Shown: in pieces, positions 39,341 through 51,683 of the stretch
Numbering within the stretch: the stretch's first letter is position 1
Layout: every line of letters starts with the position of its first letter
Source of the DNA: Callorhinchus milii
Lineage: Eukaryota
Length of the DNA: 64,000 nt
Direction: 5' to 3'
NCBI RefSeq assembly: GCF_018977255.1
Contig: NW_024704781.1
Span: forward strand, 558,001-622,000
Program-made: the position numbers and the translations under genes
The notes under the pieces: generated by a model
Told to the model about the DNA's origin: nothing
Databases searched by the model: none
What the model saw: only the letters and a program-made list of their open reading frames with translations

Positions 39341-40646
39341 GGATGAAAGCTTGTCTTCTTCCGCCAATCAAAGTTTTCTGTTCTTCTGAAACTACCAAAT
39401 GTGATTTCAATCCAGAATTACACAGAAGGTATTGAGGTCCGAGTTCGTGAAGACATATTCATATTAACTGGTGAAGTAAAACTGTGAAAGGGCGCAAAAC
39501 ACAGTTTTGTACGGCACATAGGATTTTTATGAAGTCCTGAAATGAGTGACCAGATATATAACAAACATTAAGAGATTCCAGAAAACATGATTCCTTGACT
39601 GCTGTTCAATAAATTTTGAAACTAGCTCTTTGGAAGACCCAAAATAGCTTATTTGGTAGAGCGTAAGACCGAAAATATAAAGAACCCTGCTTGAAGCCGA
39701 GTTTCCGTATTTTTCTTTCTCAGTCTGACACTCACTCATAGTCTCTGTATTCCTCAAGTTAACACAATCATAAAAGTAAATCTGACGGTTTGTGTAACAA
39801 TCCTTTGTTTCTTTTCTCCGGATTTCTGCAATTGAATCGAGCACGCACATTGGGTCATTTCCGGATTGTTGATATTTTGAAACAAATCTCATACTAAAAC
39901 AACAACAACAAAAAGATTCCATTTATAGAGCGCCTTTCACATCGGGAGGACGTCCCAAGTATGCTGGACAGTTGGGTCACGACCCGAACATGGGGGAACT
40001 ACAAAGATTGTACTCCCTGCCTTGCCTACTTGAAGCAATGTTTGAAGTTACTCCTCTTCGATCACCTTTCCAATCCTAGCTACGCTGTCCTACACCACTC
40101 CTGATCCCAACGTTCTGATCCGGGCCAAAACGCTGACTGTCCAGCAAATATGGTATAGAAATGTAATTATTGTGGATGTTGTTGTTAGGATCCAGCGTGT
40201 AATGTTGAACACGATAGAGACTGCATCCAGCGATCCCAGTTCCAAGCTTGATAAGCTTTGCTTATTTGCTTATCCCGGCTTTCATCCAAATTTCGCGGAA
40301 TATTGGTAAAATGTCTGAGTCCAGGTTAAAACGTTAATTCCATCGCAGAATACCGATCGTTCTTCGGAGTTTGCAGCGGAATCTGGAACAACTTTTCTAA
40401 CGTCACAATTCGAAAGCTCAAGAGGTGAACACTCAATTATATTTCAGTCTAAAATATAACATATTAATTTCCTTTTTCTGGAAGTTTTGGAGAGATGAGA
40501 AAACCACATGAACACATCGACTCTGCATTGCTAGGTACACAACCGTCACTGGTGCCTGAATTCGCAAATGTTTCTCCGTCTGCCATTTCGAACAATGTTA
40601 TCCTTTACACATAGTTTTTTTTCCCCCAAGCTCCGTTGCAGTTGTA

Positions 40647-40713
40647 GCAGCGATGGCCGAGTGGTTATGGCCTTCGTCTTGAAATCCAATGGGGAAATCC
40701 GCCGGCTGCAGCG
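40647..40713 (+). pseudogene. tRNA-Ser(TGA) pseudogene with the T arm deleted; duplicate of 12089-12171
   Basis: GCAGCGATGGCCGAGTGGTTATGG...CTTGAAATCCAATGGGGAAATCC; shares the TTATGG variant and downstream flank with the 12-kb copy. Confidence 0.8.
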
Positions 40714-42063
40714 TTGCTTAGATACAATTTCGTAAAATGCAGCCATCACAATCATTCGCAGTTTCTTGCCATGGGAAGTCGAAATAGTATACAAAGGATA
40801 TATCAATATATAAATCAATAAACATTCCATTAATATTGTTTTTTTTACTTGAGGAACACGTCACAAATCACTTGACAGTGGAGGGTTATATATTGTATTC
40901 TTTGAAGATCTTTGAGAATTCTCAATGTAGTGATAATTCGCTATATCATATGCAACTGTTATTATAAAGTTGTCACTTTAATTGTACGTATTAATTTTAG
41001 GTTAGTTACACTGAGATTATAACTGTCTCCTGCGGCGCTAAAACAATCGTATTTTGATATATCGGCCACTCGGCCATCTTGATTCTTCCAGTACCAACTC
41101 TCAGTGGGATAGAGTTAACTTACATTTGTTTATCAAGTTTGTTCAACAAAATAAATATTATCCCTGATGTCCGAACAGAGAATCAACTGACAAACGGGTG
41201 TCTACTACCAACTATGTTACAGAGGTGTATGGAGCAGGAATACTGATCTATAGTGTAGCCCCATATGCGAATCAAATCGATTCTGTTTGGGACCCTTTTT
41301 GGATCACTTTGGCACATCGTCACATTAAAGGGCCATAACCATGTCTTTTTCAATTTTGACAACCGGTTAGGCCTCAGCTGGAGTATAGTGCCCAACTTGG
41401 GGCAAGGGGGACGAAAATCATGTCAAGAGACTAAATAAGTTGGGTTATTCCTCCAAGAGCAGAGACGGTTCATGGAAGATTTAGTGGAGGTTCATGAATG
41501 AAGATTTACGATTGCCAAGTAATGAAGATGTTTGATAGTGTCGATAGGGAAAAGCTGTTTCATCTCTCTGGTCGATTGAACTTGTTTTAGCTACACTGGA
41601 TGTGTGTGGCTGCAAAGCTTCTGTGGTAGTATTCAAGTTTCGCGAATGAGGCATTTTCATTGAAAACACAACAATCCATGTCACAGTATCCAGTGTAGCA
41701 GAATGGATAATTAAAATGCTCGCTGACGCTCATCGGATTAGAAAAGTGTTGTATTAAAAATCGAAAGGTTTTTGCTTGAGTCCCGAATATTATTTCCTCA
41801 ATCAGACAGTAAATGATAATTCCTGACTTTCCGAACTATTTATTGTAGAGTACTGCACATTTGATCCTGAAAACTACTTAATGGAAAGCCGGAGAGGGAG
41901 AAATGAAACTAACACCTTAATTATCACTTTACTTGGTCTTTTTTAAGGAAAATCTAATGTCATGCAAACATGGAGGATTCTTTCAATCAGACTTCTCCAA
42001 ACTGCCAGTGTAAGTAAAGTTCTATTTAAGAAATCGACTTTTACAATGGAAATGGCATCAGCG

Positions 42064-42145
42064 GCTGCGATGGCCGAGTGGTTAAGGCGTTGGACTCGAA
42101 ATCCAATGGGGAATTCCCGCGCAGGTTCGAACCCTGCTCGCAGCG
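42064..42145 (+). tRNA. tRNA-Ser(CGA), intact, with Pol III terminator
   Basis: GCTGCGATGGCCGAGTGGTTAAGGCGTTGGACTCGAAATCCAATGGGGAATTCCCGCGCAGGTTCGAACCCTGCTCGCAGCG followed directly by TTTTT; perfect acceptor stem. Confidence 0.96.
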
Positions 42146-42799
42146 TTTTTGAGATGGAATCTCTCGCAGTCATCAAGTGGAGATGTGGTGATTGTAAAAA
42201 CAAACTTGATAAGTCACAACAAATTATACGATTCTTAAGGTCAACCTCCAATCAGTTGTTTTTATCATCTTATTGGGAAAAAGGTTAGCATATTGCAGCG
42301 TCAGACAAAACTTTTAACGTATGCAATCCGAATCCGAATAGAATAATAATCTTTGCATTTCTTATAACACTGAGACAACTCAAAAGCTGATAAGGACAGA
42401 AAAAGAAAGTCTCATATTTAAGTCAGACGAAGAAGACCTGGTCCAAGTCAACAAAATTATCCAAACGATATAAGCCTTGTCTCCGTGGCAATTGTTTGTG
42501 GAAATAAATGAGACTGACTCACAAAATGTCACAAATGTTGGCAAGTCCAAGAGGTATGCGCATATTTCAGGCGCCTTAACACATCTGCTATAAAAGTTCT
42601 TATGGACAATACCACAATAATCGGATTGAGTTATAATTGATATATTGTTACCGTTTAAATCTTTCTATAGGGGTAACTTCTAAAATGCTTTCAGTGGGTT
42701 GTCAGCCATAAACAATAACACTGTCTCGTTGCATATGAATGGATGCCAAGTCAGTATTCAAGGTTCTGCACGGACCAAGTGAAGACATCGAGAGAATTT

Positions 42800-43150
42800 A
42801 TTGGAAGACACGAGGGGCATTAGCCGAACCATTCACTCCAATCTATACCTCGAGGTCGTGGAGGACACCATCTTCAGCCTAGACACTGCACTGAAGGACT
42901 GTACTGAGAAGGGGTGAAAGACTTTCTGATTATGATCATCCTTCTTCAAGGACTGCAAGGACTCAATGCCGGTAAAGTCTGTTGTATCAATACTGTGGTG
43001 CTAACAATGCTCCTTTATGGATCAGAGCACCAAAAAACGGAGCAGTCAGGCTTCCTCCGACCCATCTGTAAAATCAAGAGCCAAGTCGTGTGGTGGATTT
43101 GTGGCAAAACTCGGGAAGCAGATATAGAGAGGGAGGGATCCGGCCTCGAC
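42800..43150 (+). mobile_element. RTE-clade LINE fragment
   Basis: TVVLTMLLYGSE resembles the RTE post-RT motif AVVLSTLLYGSETW. Confidence 0.5.
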
Positions 43151-45068
43151 TGATCTGTTGATAAACATCCTGGAGGCGGGGAGACTTCACATCGAGCACG
43201 TATATTTGCTAAGGATTCCCCTTGAGTTCACGGATTAAGCAGCTAGTGTTGAGTTATCCTGAAGGCAGCTGAAGACAGATACTCGCCAGTTAGTTGATGA
43301 GGAACCTCTGAGGCTGAAGGTGACAGCTGCTGGAAGGCATTACCTGGAATTCGAGTTCGTGAACAGTCATTTGTCCAGCGCCTGGAATCCAGCTCGATTG
43401 GGCTGCAGAGAGGTAAGCAACTGCCGCTTATACTCCAACCATCCAACAGGTAAAAACATCCCTCAATGGGAAGGGTCATGTGAGCAAGTCGCGGAAAGGA
43501 AGCTGATGGCAATGCTCTCAACCGTATCGCACTGAGACACATTGCCCATCGTGAGGCTCGCAGCCAGTTTCTTGTACCTACCATCAACCGATTCAGGGAT
43601 TAAACCGGTGCTTGTCGGATATCTAACGGCCAACTTGTTACTATTCTGTTGATGGGGTAGTTTCTGCTTGGAGCTGAACTGGCTCCAAGATGACACACCT
43701 GGCAATACAATGTCGCGATCGAGTGACGGTCTTGAGGCGGCTTCCTGAGCGAGTCGATTCATCAGTATTCCAGGACAGCGCTGCTGACTGCGTAGCAATC
43801 CTCATTCATCTGCAGGATTTGGAGGGGCAGACAAGTCACTGGGATTAGGGAGTTGACCCACTCAACGACTTTTTCCACTGTAAGCCAAAGGGCGAATGGG
43901 TAAATTGGCGCTACTTGGGCAATCAATGGCAAAGCTTCCCGGACAGCAATATCCATGGCAAGCTCTGTGGTTTTCAATGGCTAGACTTCAGGATTACCCA
44001 AAGAGATACGCCGGGGTCCACAAGACTTGGCTGTTGCCAATCTGCGCCTAATGCTTTCCGGAATTGGGTAACCAGAGTGCGTCCCTCCAGGGGGTGAGTG
44101 TACATTCCATTTCATTGCTCTGTCTATGGCATTTCCAAGTGCAGAAGGGACACATGGAAGTCTCAGCTTGGTTTGATACTGCTAAGAAAGTTGATAGGTT
44201 TTGCGTGTGACAGACATCCGGCTGAACACAACAAAAGATGCTGAAATGCTTTTCAACTTTTCGAATTCATAACATAACTTGGTTCTGCTGGATGTTGATA
44301 TTTTCTTCACAATTTATTTTGTGAAGCCATTTCTAAATTGTTTTACTAACCTTCCCAGCTTCACAGATGATTCCAGATACTTTTCTTTTTGTGTTATATT
44401 GCCATATAAAAACATTTTCAAATTGTAGATTGCTATATTCCCTGATCTTAACTAGTTCCTTATTTTCTTGTTAATGTTCCCCAAAGTAGTGGTTATGACC
44501 TTCACTTTGCTAGCGGTTTGACCCGGGTTCAGTTCGGTGCAGGTTTACAAGAACCAAGGTGCAAGGCCCTTGAGTGTGCATTAGTGCACATGTTGACCTT
44601 TACCAGCTTGTGCAGCAGTGCGAGTGATTGCAGGCAATGCCCCACAAGCTTTCCGCTGGGAGATGTCTACGTATTAGAGGTTTGTTATGTTTAACAGCAG
44701 CCGATGAAATGGCTCACTGATGGCAGTGACTGGACTACCCTCTATTTCCTGCCGATGAGCCATTCTGGCAGGTCTGTCAATCACTGAGCACTGGGGTTCT
44801 GTGGACACGCCTGTCTCTGGAAACAAATTTAATATTATTATAGAGGATTGACTTGATTTCCTAATTGTGTTGCCAAGCAACAATCGTGGATCCAGCTCAG
44901 CTCCCAAAAGAATCTGTTCACACCCTTATCCCAGGAGAGCAGTTGTAAATTTACTGGAAATAATCTAAGTGCAATTCTGGATGATCGCCTGTTGGGACTT
45001 CTTTCTTTTACTGTATAAATAGTAATCCATCCAATATCTTGGATTCAGTGCCGGCTGTACGTTTCAAC

Positions 45069-47737
45069 ATGAAGAGATATCACAGCTTTTCAGAAAAGGT
45101 GTATCAAACAGGCACAATATTTCAGATAATGTACATATACTATCCTTTTCTGGCTGTTATTGGTGTTCCAGGTACGTCTATATCAATAAGAATTTAAATC
45201 GTGTCTTCTACGAAAATGCAGTGAAACTATTTTGATGTATTAGTTACACTGACATATGCCGCGGAAGAATAACTGCCTGGTTTCTTTCATTTATTTTATT
45301 TTATTTGCATTGCAGAGGACCACCAATTCGCTGAATTAATAAATAGATGTACAATAGTATGTTATTATTATATTACATGTTATATATTTCCTTGCATTTC
45401 ATACAGCGCCTTATATGTGTACAATACGTCTCAAAACGCTTCACTGAATATCCTGTAAAGTGGGATGAATGCATATTGTGTGAGATCTTAAATAACTTAC
45501 CGAAAATGGGATTGTAAATAAAAAATAAATTCAGCAATTTGCAAAATTAGAATATCAAAAACGTTGTTGAAATAAAAATGTAGACACAGATGCAATATTT
45601 CCTCCATTGTTGCTTTAATACTATTACATAAATTTGCACCATGGACCAGACCAATCGGGCCATTGAGTTTGCATCGCCTCTCAGCAACGTGTTCTGTCTT
45701 AACCAACTCATTCCGCCTGAAGCCGCTTTTCCTACGAAATATGCATTGTATTAATATTATCGAAAATCAAGACCTACACGGTGTATGTTTTATTTATGTG
45801 AAATTAAGTGCTTCCATCTTTTTGTTGAAGATTCATGATTGCATTATACAGAACAATTAGAATGAACATGCCTCTGCCATAGATTGGCATAATAGATAAT
45901 GCGCCACAATATATTTCATTTCGCAAACAGTCTTCAATGTTTTCCATCGTCTCCGACCCGTATTCAGTGGAAAATCATCAGAGTGATTCATCCTAAGTCA
46001 ATGAAAACTGTAGTGGAATACCATAAATTTCATTATTTAACATTCAATCATACTTCATTACTTGTGACATCTCAAATGAGATTGCGTGAAATTCTAATTA
46101 TTTGATACACGTTCAAGGATTAAAACTGACATCATGCGCTTTTTCTGCATTTACTCCCTTATTCCATGCATCAATTTTACCTGAGATTCTCATTAATATT
46201 GCAAAAATTAATTAATTTTACATAATGACTTTCACAACAAGAGACATTTTTAGTGGATTTTCTGAAAGTTGTAGTGACACTGTAATTTATAGGCGAAGTC
46301 ATCAGCCAAATTGCAACTTTACAATATTGTGGCGGGATCTTTAAACGTTCACTGAACAGCTTTGAATCTATCGAGTTAAAGTCTTATCTTAAGAACTGAT
46401 ATTCCGAACACACAACATTGCCTCAGCAACAAACTGCAAAGCGAGCTCGGAGCTTGAGTTCAAAAAGTTAAAATGCGGTGGTAGAAAACTGAAATTAAAA
46501 CAAAAACCGCTGAGGACACTGTTGAGAGAGGAAAGTGAGTTAACGCTTCTCTCGTGAGTTCGAAGCCTGACTTTAGTTTTAACTGAAGCTGAATATAAAC
46601 AGGAATAATGTTTATCGTGTTATATTTTATCTGTGTAGTACTAACGGCGTTTTATCTCTTGGTGAGAAATACAAGGTTGATAATATTTAATAGCTTATGT
46701 ATCTGAAGAGATGCAGTTGCATTTAAAAGACCAGATTATCCCAGAATTCAAACTTGTTAGATTATTTAGAATACATAGACCGATTCTGCGTTATTTTAAA
46801 TCGATATTTTTAATTAACTTGTATCTTTCTTTCAGTTAACTTGGTTGCAATTGCGATCCTATCCAGAGGTAAATGTGGACTCTCCAGATGCATCACTCGT
46901 TACCTGGTGTCCATGTCAGCAGCCGATCTACTGGTTATTATCAGTGACGTGATATTGACTCGACTGAATTATCTTTATTTCCCAATTTGCTTCCTGGACC
47001 TCACTCCCATGTGTTCGCTAGAAAGTACTCTGCTCTGTGCAGCAACTGACTGCTCTGTGTGGCTAACAGTGGCCTTCACCTTTGATCGCTTTATAGCTAT
47101 TTGTTGCCAGAAATTCAAAACCAAATATTGTACTGAGAGAACAGCGACGCGTGTGATAGGAATAGTCTGTACTCTGAGCTGTTTCAGAAACATACCCTGG
47201 TATTTTATTTATCAACCTTGGTATATAATTGACAATTTACCGTGGTTTTGCAAGACAAAAGAAATTTATTATAGTTCATGGGCCTGGGGAGTTTATTCCT
47301 GGACTTCCACCTTATTAACCCCTTTTGCTTCCTTTGTTCTAATTTTTCTACTAAACATCCTGACCATCAGACACATTTTAGCGGCAAATAGAGTCCGCAG
47401 GTGTGTTCTCGGCCAAAACAGCAATGAAAATGCTAACGACCCAGAGATTGTCAACAGGAAAAAGTCCATCGTTATTCTCTTCGCTATATCCGGGAGTTTC
47501 ATACTTTTGTGGATGACCTACATTGTATATTACTTATATAGACAAACTGCAAACTATTTCTCTTACTCGGGGTACAATGATCCAGTCTATGTTCTGTATG
47601 AAAGCGGTTGCATGCTGCAGCTTCTCGGTAGCTGCACAAACACGTTCATTTATGCTGTGACGCAGGCTAAATTCAGGGAGGAATTTAAAAAAGCAGCTAA
47701 ATATCCAATAAATATGATACGCAAAGTGGCCCAATGA
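45069..47737 (+). CDS. GPR139-like class A GPCR, copy B; exon 1 45069-45171, exon 2 46836-47737; 334 aa
   Basis: Exon 1 MKRYHSFSEKVYQTG...AVIGVP ends CCAG|GTACGT; acceptor TCTTTCTTTCAG|TTAAC; about 90% amino-acid identity to copy A in exon 2 by manual comparison (30 differences in about 300). Confidence 0.92.
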
Positions 47738-49879
47738 TGTAAATGCTGTGGCAAAGCGTAACTGATCAGACAAAGGCTTGTGTGCATCAATGCAATGAAT
47801 TTGCTTTCTGTCCCAGGGCTGTGCAGCCCATATCCACAACTTCTTATGTTATATATTTGTATATCCTTGCATTTGATACAGCGCCTTATATCTGTCCAAG
47901 ACGTCTCAAAACGCTTCACGGAATATCCTGTAAAGCGTATTAACTATATTTTGTGCAAGATATTAAACAACTTACCGGAAAACGGATTGTAGATAAAAAA
48001 TGAATGGAACAATTTGGAAAATGAGAATATCAAAAATGCTGTTGAATATAAAAATGTACACACAGATGCAATATTTTCTCCGTTGATGCTTACATACTAT
48101 TACATATGTTTACACCATGGACGGAGACCAATCGGGCCATTGAGTTTGCATTGCCTCTCAGCAACGTGTTCTGCCTTAACCAACTCATTCAGTTTGAAGC
48201 AGCTTTTCCTCCGAAACATGCATTATACTAATATTATCCAAGAATCAAGTCATACGGTATATGTTTTATTTCTGTGAAATTAAGTGCTTCCATCATTTTG
48301 TTGAAGACTCGTGATTGCATTATACAGAAAAATTCGAATGAACAGGGTTCTACCATTGATAGGCATAATAGACAATGCACCACAATATATTTCATCCAGC
48401 AAACAGTCTTCAATGCTTTCCATCATTTCCTACTCCGTATTGAGTTCAAAATCATCGAAGTGATGCAGCTTCTGATACACGTTCAAGGATTAAAACTGAC
48501 ATCATGTGCTTTCTCTGCATCTACTCGGTTATTGCATGCATCAATCTTAACTGAAATTCTCATTAATATTGTAAAAATGAATTAATTTTACACAACCACT
48601 TGCACAAAAAGAGAATTTTTTTGTGGATTTTCTGAAAGTTGTAGTGACACTGTATTTTGTAGCCGAAGTCATCAGCCAAATTGCAAATTTTCGAACATTG
48701 TAGCGGGATCATTAAACATTGGAGTGCCGCATACTCATTACCTAATTGAGGTCCCTCACTGTATTGTCCCATCTCTGAAACCATATTCACCCATAATTAC
48801 AAGCACATTCCCCTCGCTTAGCTGGTACAGGTCGACTCATCTGTCAGGCCCTGCAAACAGCACCGTATTGTTCTCGGCTGCATTGGTTCCGAAGCCCAAA
48901 TAGATTGAGTTCAGGATCCTAGTTCTCTCATTAATGTTCCTCCACGGTGTTATCCCCCAGCGTCAATGTAATCTCATTCATCCACACCATCAGTTATGTT
49001 CCCTTCGCTCAGCGGAAATTCGTTGACTCCTACACACCCCGCTCTTTCTCCCCATCCCATCATATTCGGTTGAGCTACCAGCCAATTTGCCACCAAAAGG
49101 GACTAAACCGAAGAGCTTATGAATTTTATGATAAACCGCCTGACCGGCTGCTAACCAGGATTTTGATCAACAACAACAAATTATAATAATAATCCTTCCT
49201 TTTGATGAGGCACCAAGTCGGGCCGTTGAGTTGTCTCCAAGCGCTTCACAGAATGTACTGTGAAGCGAATTGACTCTGTAATTTGTGGGAGCTATTCTCA
49301 AAACTATGTGGGGAGGGAATTATTCAGCAGTACAAGCGAATTGAGGGAACAGAACAATACGCACTTACCATGTGGGCTTCTTCTAACTAACTATAAGGGG
49401 AAATTGCATTTATGGTAACATTATGGATAAAACAATACACACCATTTGAATGTAAAATACCTGATTCATTTCTGAGAGTTCAACAGGAAACAATTATAGA
49501 AAAAAACATTGAACGCTATCCCGAGACACAATAATAATACGTTACATTTGATCAGTGCATTTCACTTCGGAAGGACCTCTCCAGGCGCTGCATTGTTGGG
49601 GATTTTAAGATGAGCTACGGGTTGGATTCAGGAGGGTTGGAAGGCAGAGATGGTAAGGGTAGGAGGATGATCGAACGGGTATTAGAAACGATAGATATTG
49701 GAAAGTTTCTTGTGTCGATGTATCTCAGTGGTTAGAGCATTCGCCTCGCAACCTGGAGGACCTGGGTTCTCGGGCTGGGCGAAATGTGGGACCATTTTCC
49801 TTGATCCATTCGCCTCTGCTTACGAAGCTTGTTGTTACACGATTAGCGGAATACTTTTCTGGGCTGTTCTTGGACACTT

Positions 49880-50270
49880 TTCTGTCCTCACTCCCCCAAA
49901 TCCGCGCCATGACTGGCACTACTTCCGACCGACCGCCTCCGCAACATGGCCGGACTGCTCCACTGCCTCACCCCTCAGGCTGTCGAACCCCTCACCCACG
50001 CATTTGTCACATCAAGCTTCGGTTATGGGAACTACCTCTTCATCGGCCTTCTCAACTCTACCCTTCACAAGCTGGAGATCATCCAAAGCACTGCGGGTCG
50101 TGTTTTCTCACGCACCAGGCTCCGTGAGCCCATCATTCCTACCCTCGCCCGACTCCACGGGCTCCCCATCCCCCAGAGGATCGAGTTCAAGATCCCCGTC
50201 CTCACATTTAAGGCCATCCATGGCCTTGCCAACTCCTAAATCTCTGACCTGCTGACTCATTACCAACATG
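49880..50270 (+). mobile_element. L2-clade LINE 3' fragment (duplicate of the 20.3-kb element), preceded by a SINE head
   Basis: HCLTPQAVEPLTHAFVTSSFGYGNYLFIGL...IIPTLARLHGLPIPQRIEFKIPVLTFKAIHGLA. Confidence 0.85.
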
Positions 50271-51295
50271 CCCGCTCCATCCGTTCAGCTGGCTCCGGCT
50301 GCTCCATGTCTCCCGCCAGATGCCCATTGATTAACTGCCAGATATTTGAGGTGATTGGCTCCAGCCTCCGCAGTTATGACATGTGCTATCGTCCAATAGG
50401 TCAAGTGCAAAAAGTCCACGAGATCAGAAACTCTTTGAAATCAATTATCTTTATATGAATAACAGCAAAGAACAATAGTATCGTGAATTATAAGGAAGAT
50501 AATGAGGCTATGAGGTCCATTGTGAAAGTTTCGACTCTATGAAAGGGTTTTCTCAGTCAGGCCCACTGCCCATTCTTTCCCCATATCCATGCGATTTTAT
50601 TTTCCTTTGTAAGTTCCAGTCCAATTCCTTTTTGAAAACTACTATCGAATCTGTTGCCACTTTCACAATTTACATTCTAAACCGTAACAAGACTATTATT
50701 TAAAAATAAAGTCCCTCCGTCTCTCCTCTGGTGTTTTGACAATTATCTTCAATCTGCGAAAGCTTCTTCAGAAGCTACAAAAGTATAATTTGGAAACGAA
50801 GTGTGATGTATGTTATGAAGAGTTAGGAATAAAATTGAATACAGGATTAAATTATGTTTCACACAAAAACATTAATGATAATGTGCACTGAAATGTGCAC
50901 AGCTCACCTTCACTGAGAAAAGTGTCGCAAAGTCTGTGGCCAATGGATCAAAGGTATTATGACAGAGGGATACCTCAAGCATTAAACATGATATAACGTG
51001 AATTGTTGTGACTGTATCTGTCAGTCAATTGCCAGTCAATTCACTTTACAGTAGATTCTGTGAATTGCTTTTTAACATCTCGAAGACATGATAAGTCGTT
51101 GTATTAACTGTATGAATTAATAATATGTCTTTCACTCTTTCACTACATGAACCATTCTATCAGTGTTTGCTTGTGGTTCACAATTAGCCGAGTGTTTCCT
51201 CTGAGAGACACAGCAGCAAAGTCACAATCTGCGAAATAGGTCAACTGTCAGGACAAACATCTGTTCTGAGATGAAACCCTTTCGCTCCTCTTTGG

Positions 51296-51683
51296 AGTTC
51301 AAGTACATTGGTGTAGTCTGACAGTAGCACCGTGTGTGTGATGGCACAATAATGCTGGTGTCAGATATAGCCACGGGGATCTTAGCTACAGTTGATCTCT
51401 TGCTGATCGTCTCCAGATTAGTGGTGAAACGTGCTGTTGTAAACTCAACACTGAAAGTGTCCAGATTTGGTGTTAAGCATTGTGTTGGAAATTCAGCACT
51501 GAAAGTCCCCATCATAATTATATCTGTGTGTGTCCAGATGAGGCTCCCCTGGATACTGACTGTACCAGAACTTTAAAACAACAGTGAAATCAGCAGAGTA
51601 GGTGCAGCTCAGGGTTACAGTCTGACCTTCAGTAACAGACACTTACATCTGTGATGGCACAACGCTGATTCTATTCGCTTCCT
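51296..51683 (-). pseudogene. TCR alpha/delta-type V pseudogene with 23-RSS (V exon 51683-51335)
   Basis: After acceptor CTGGCTACAG: EANRISVVPSQM*VSVTEGQTVTLSCTYSADFTVVLKFWYSQYPGEP; later frameshifted ...SDTS/HYCAIT; RSS CACGGTG (51334-51328), 23 nt, ACTTGAACT. Confidence 0.8.
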
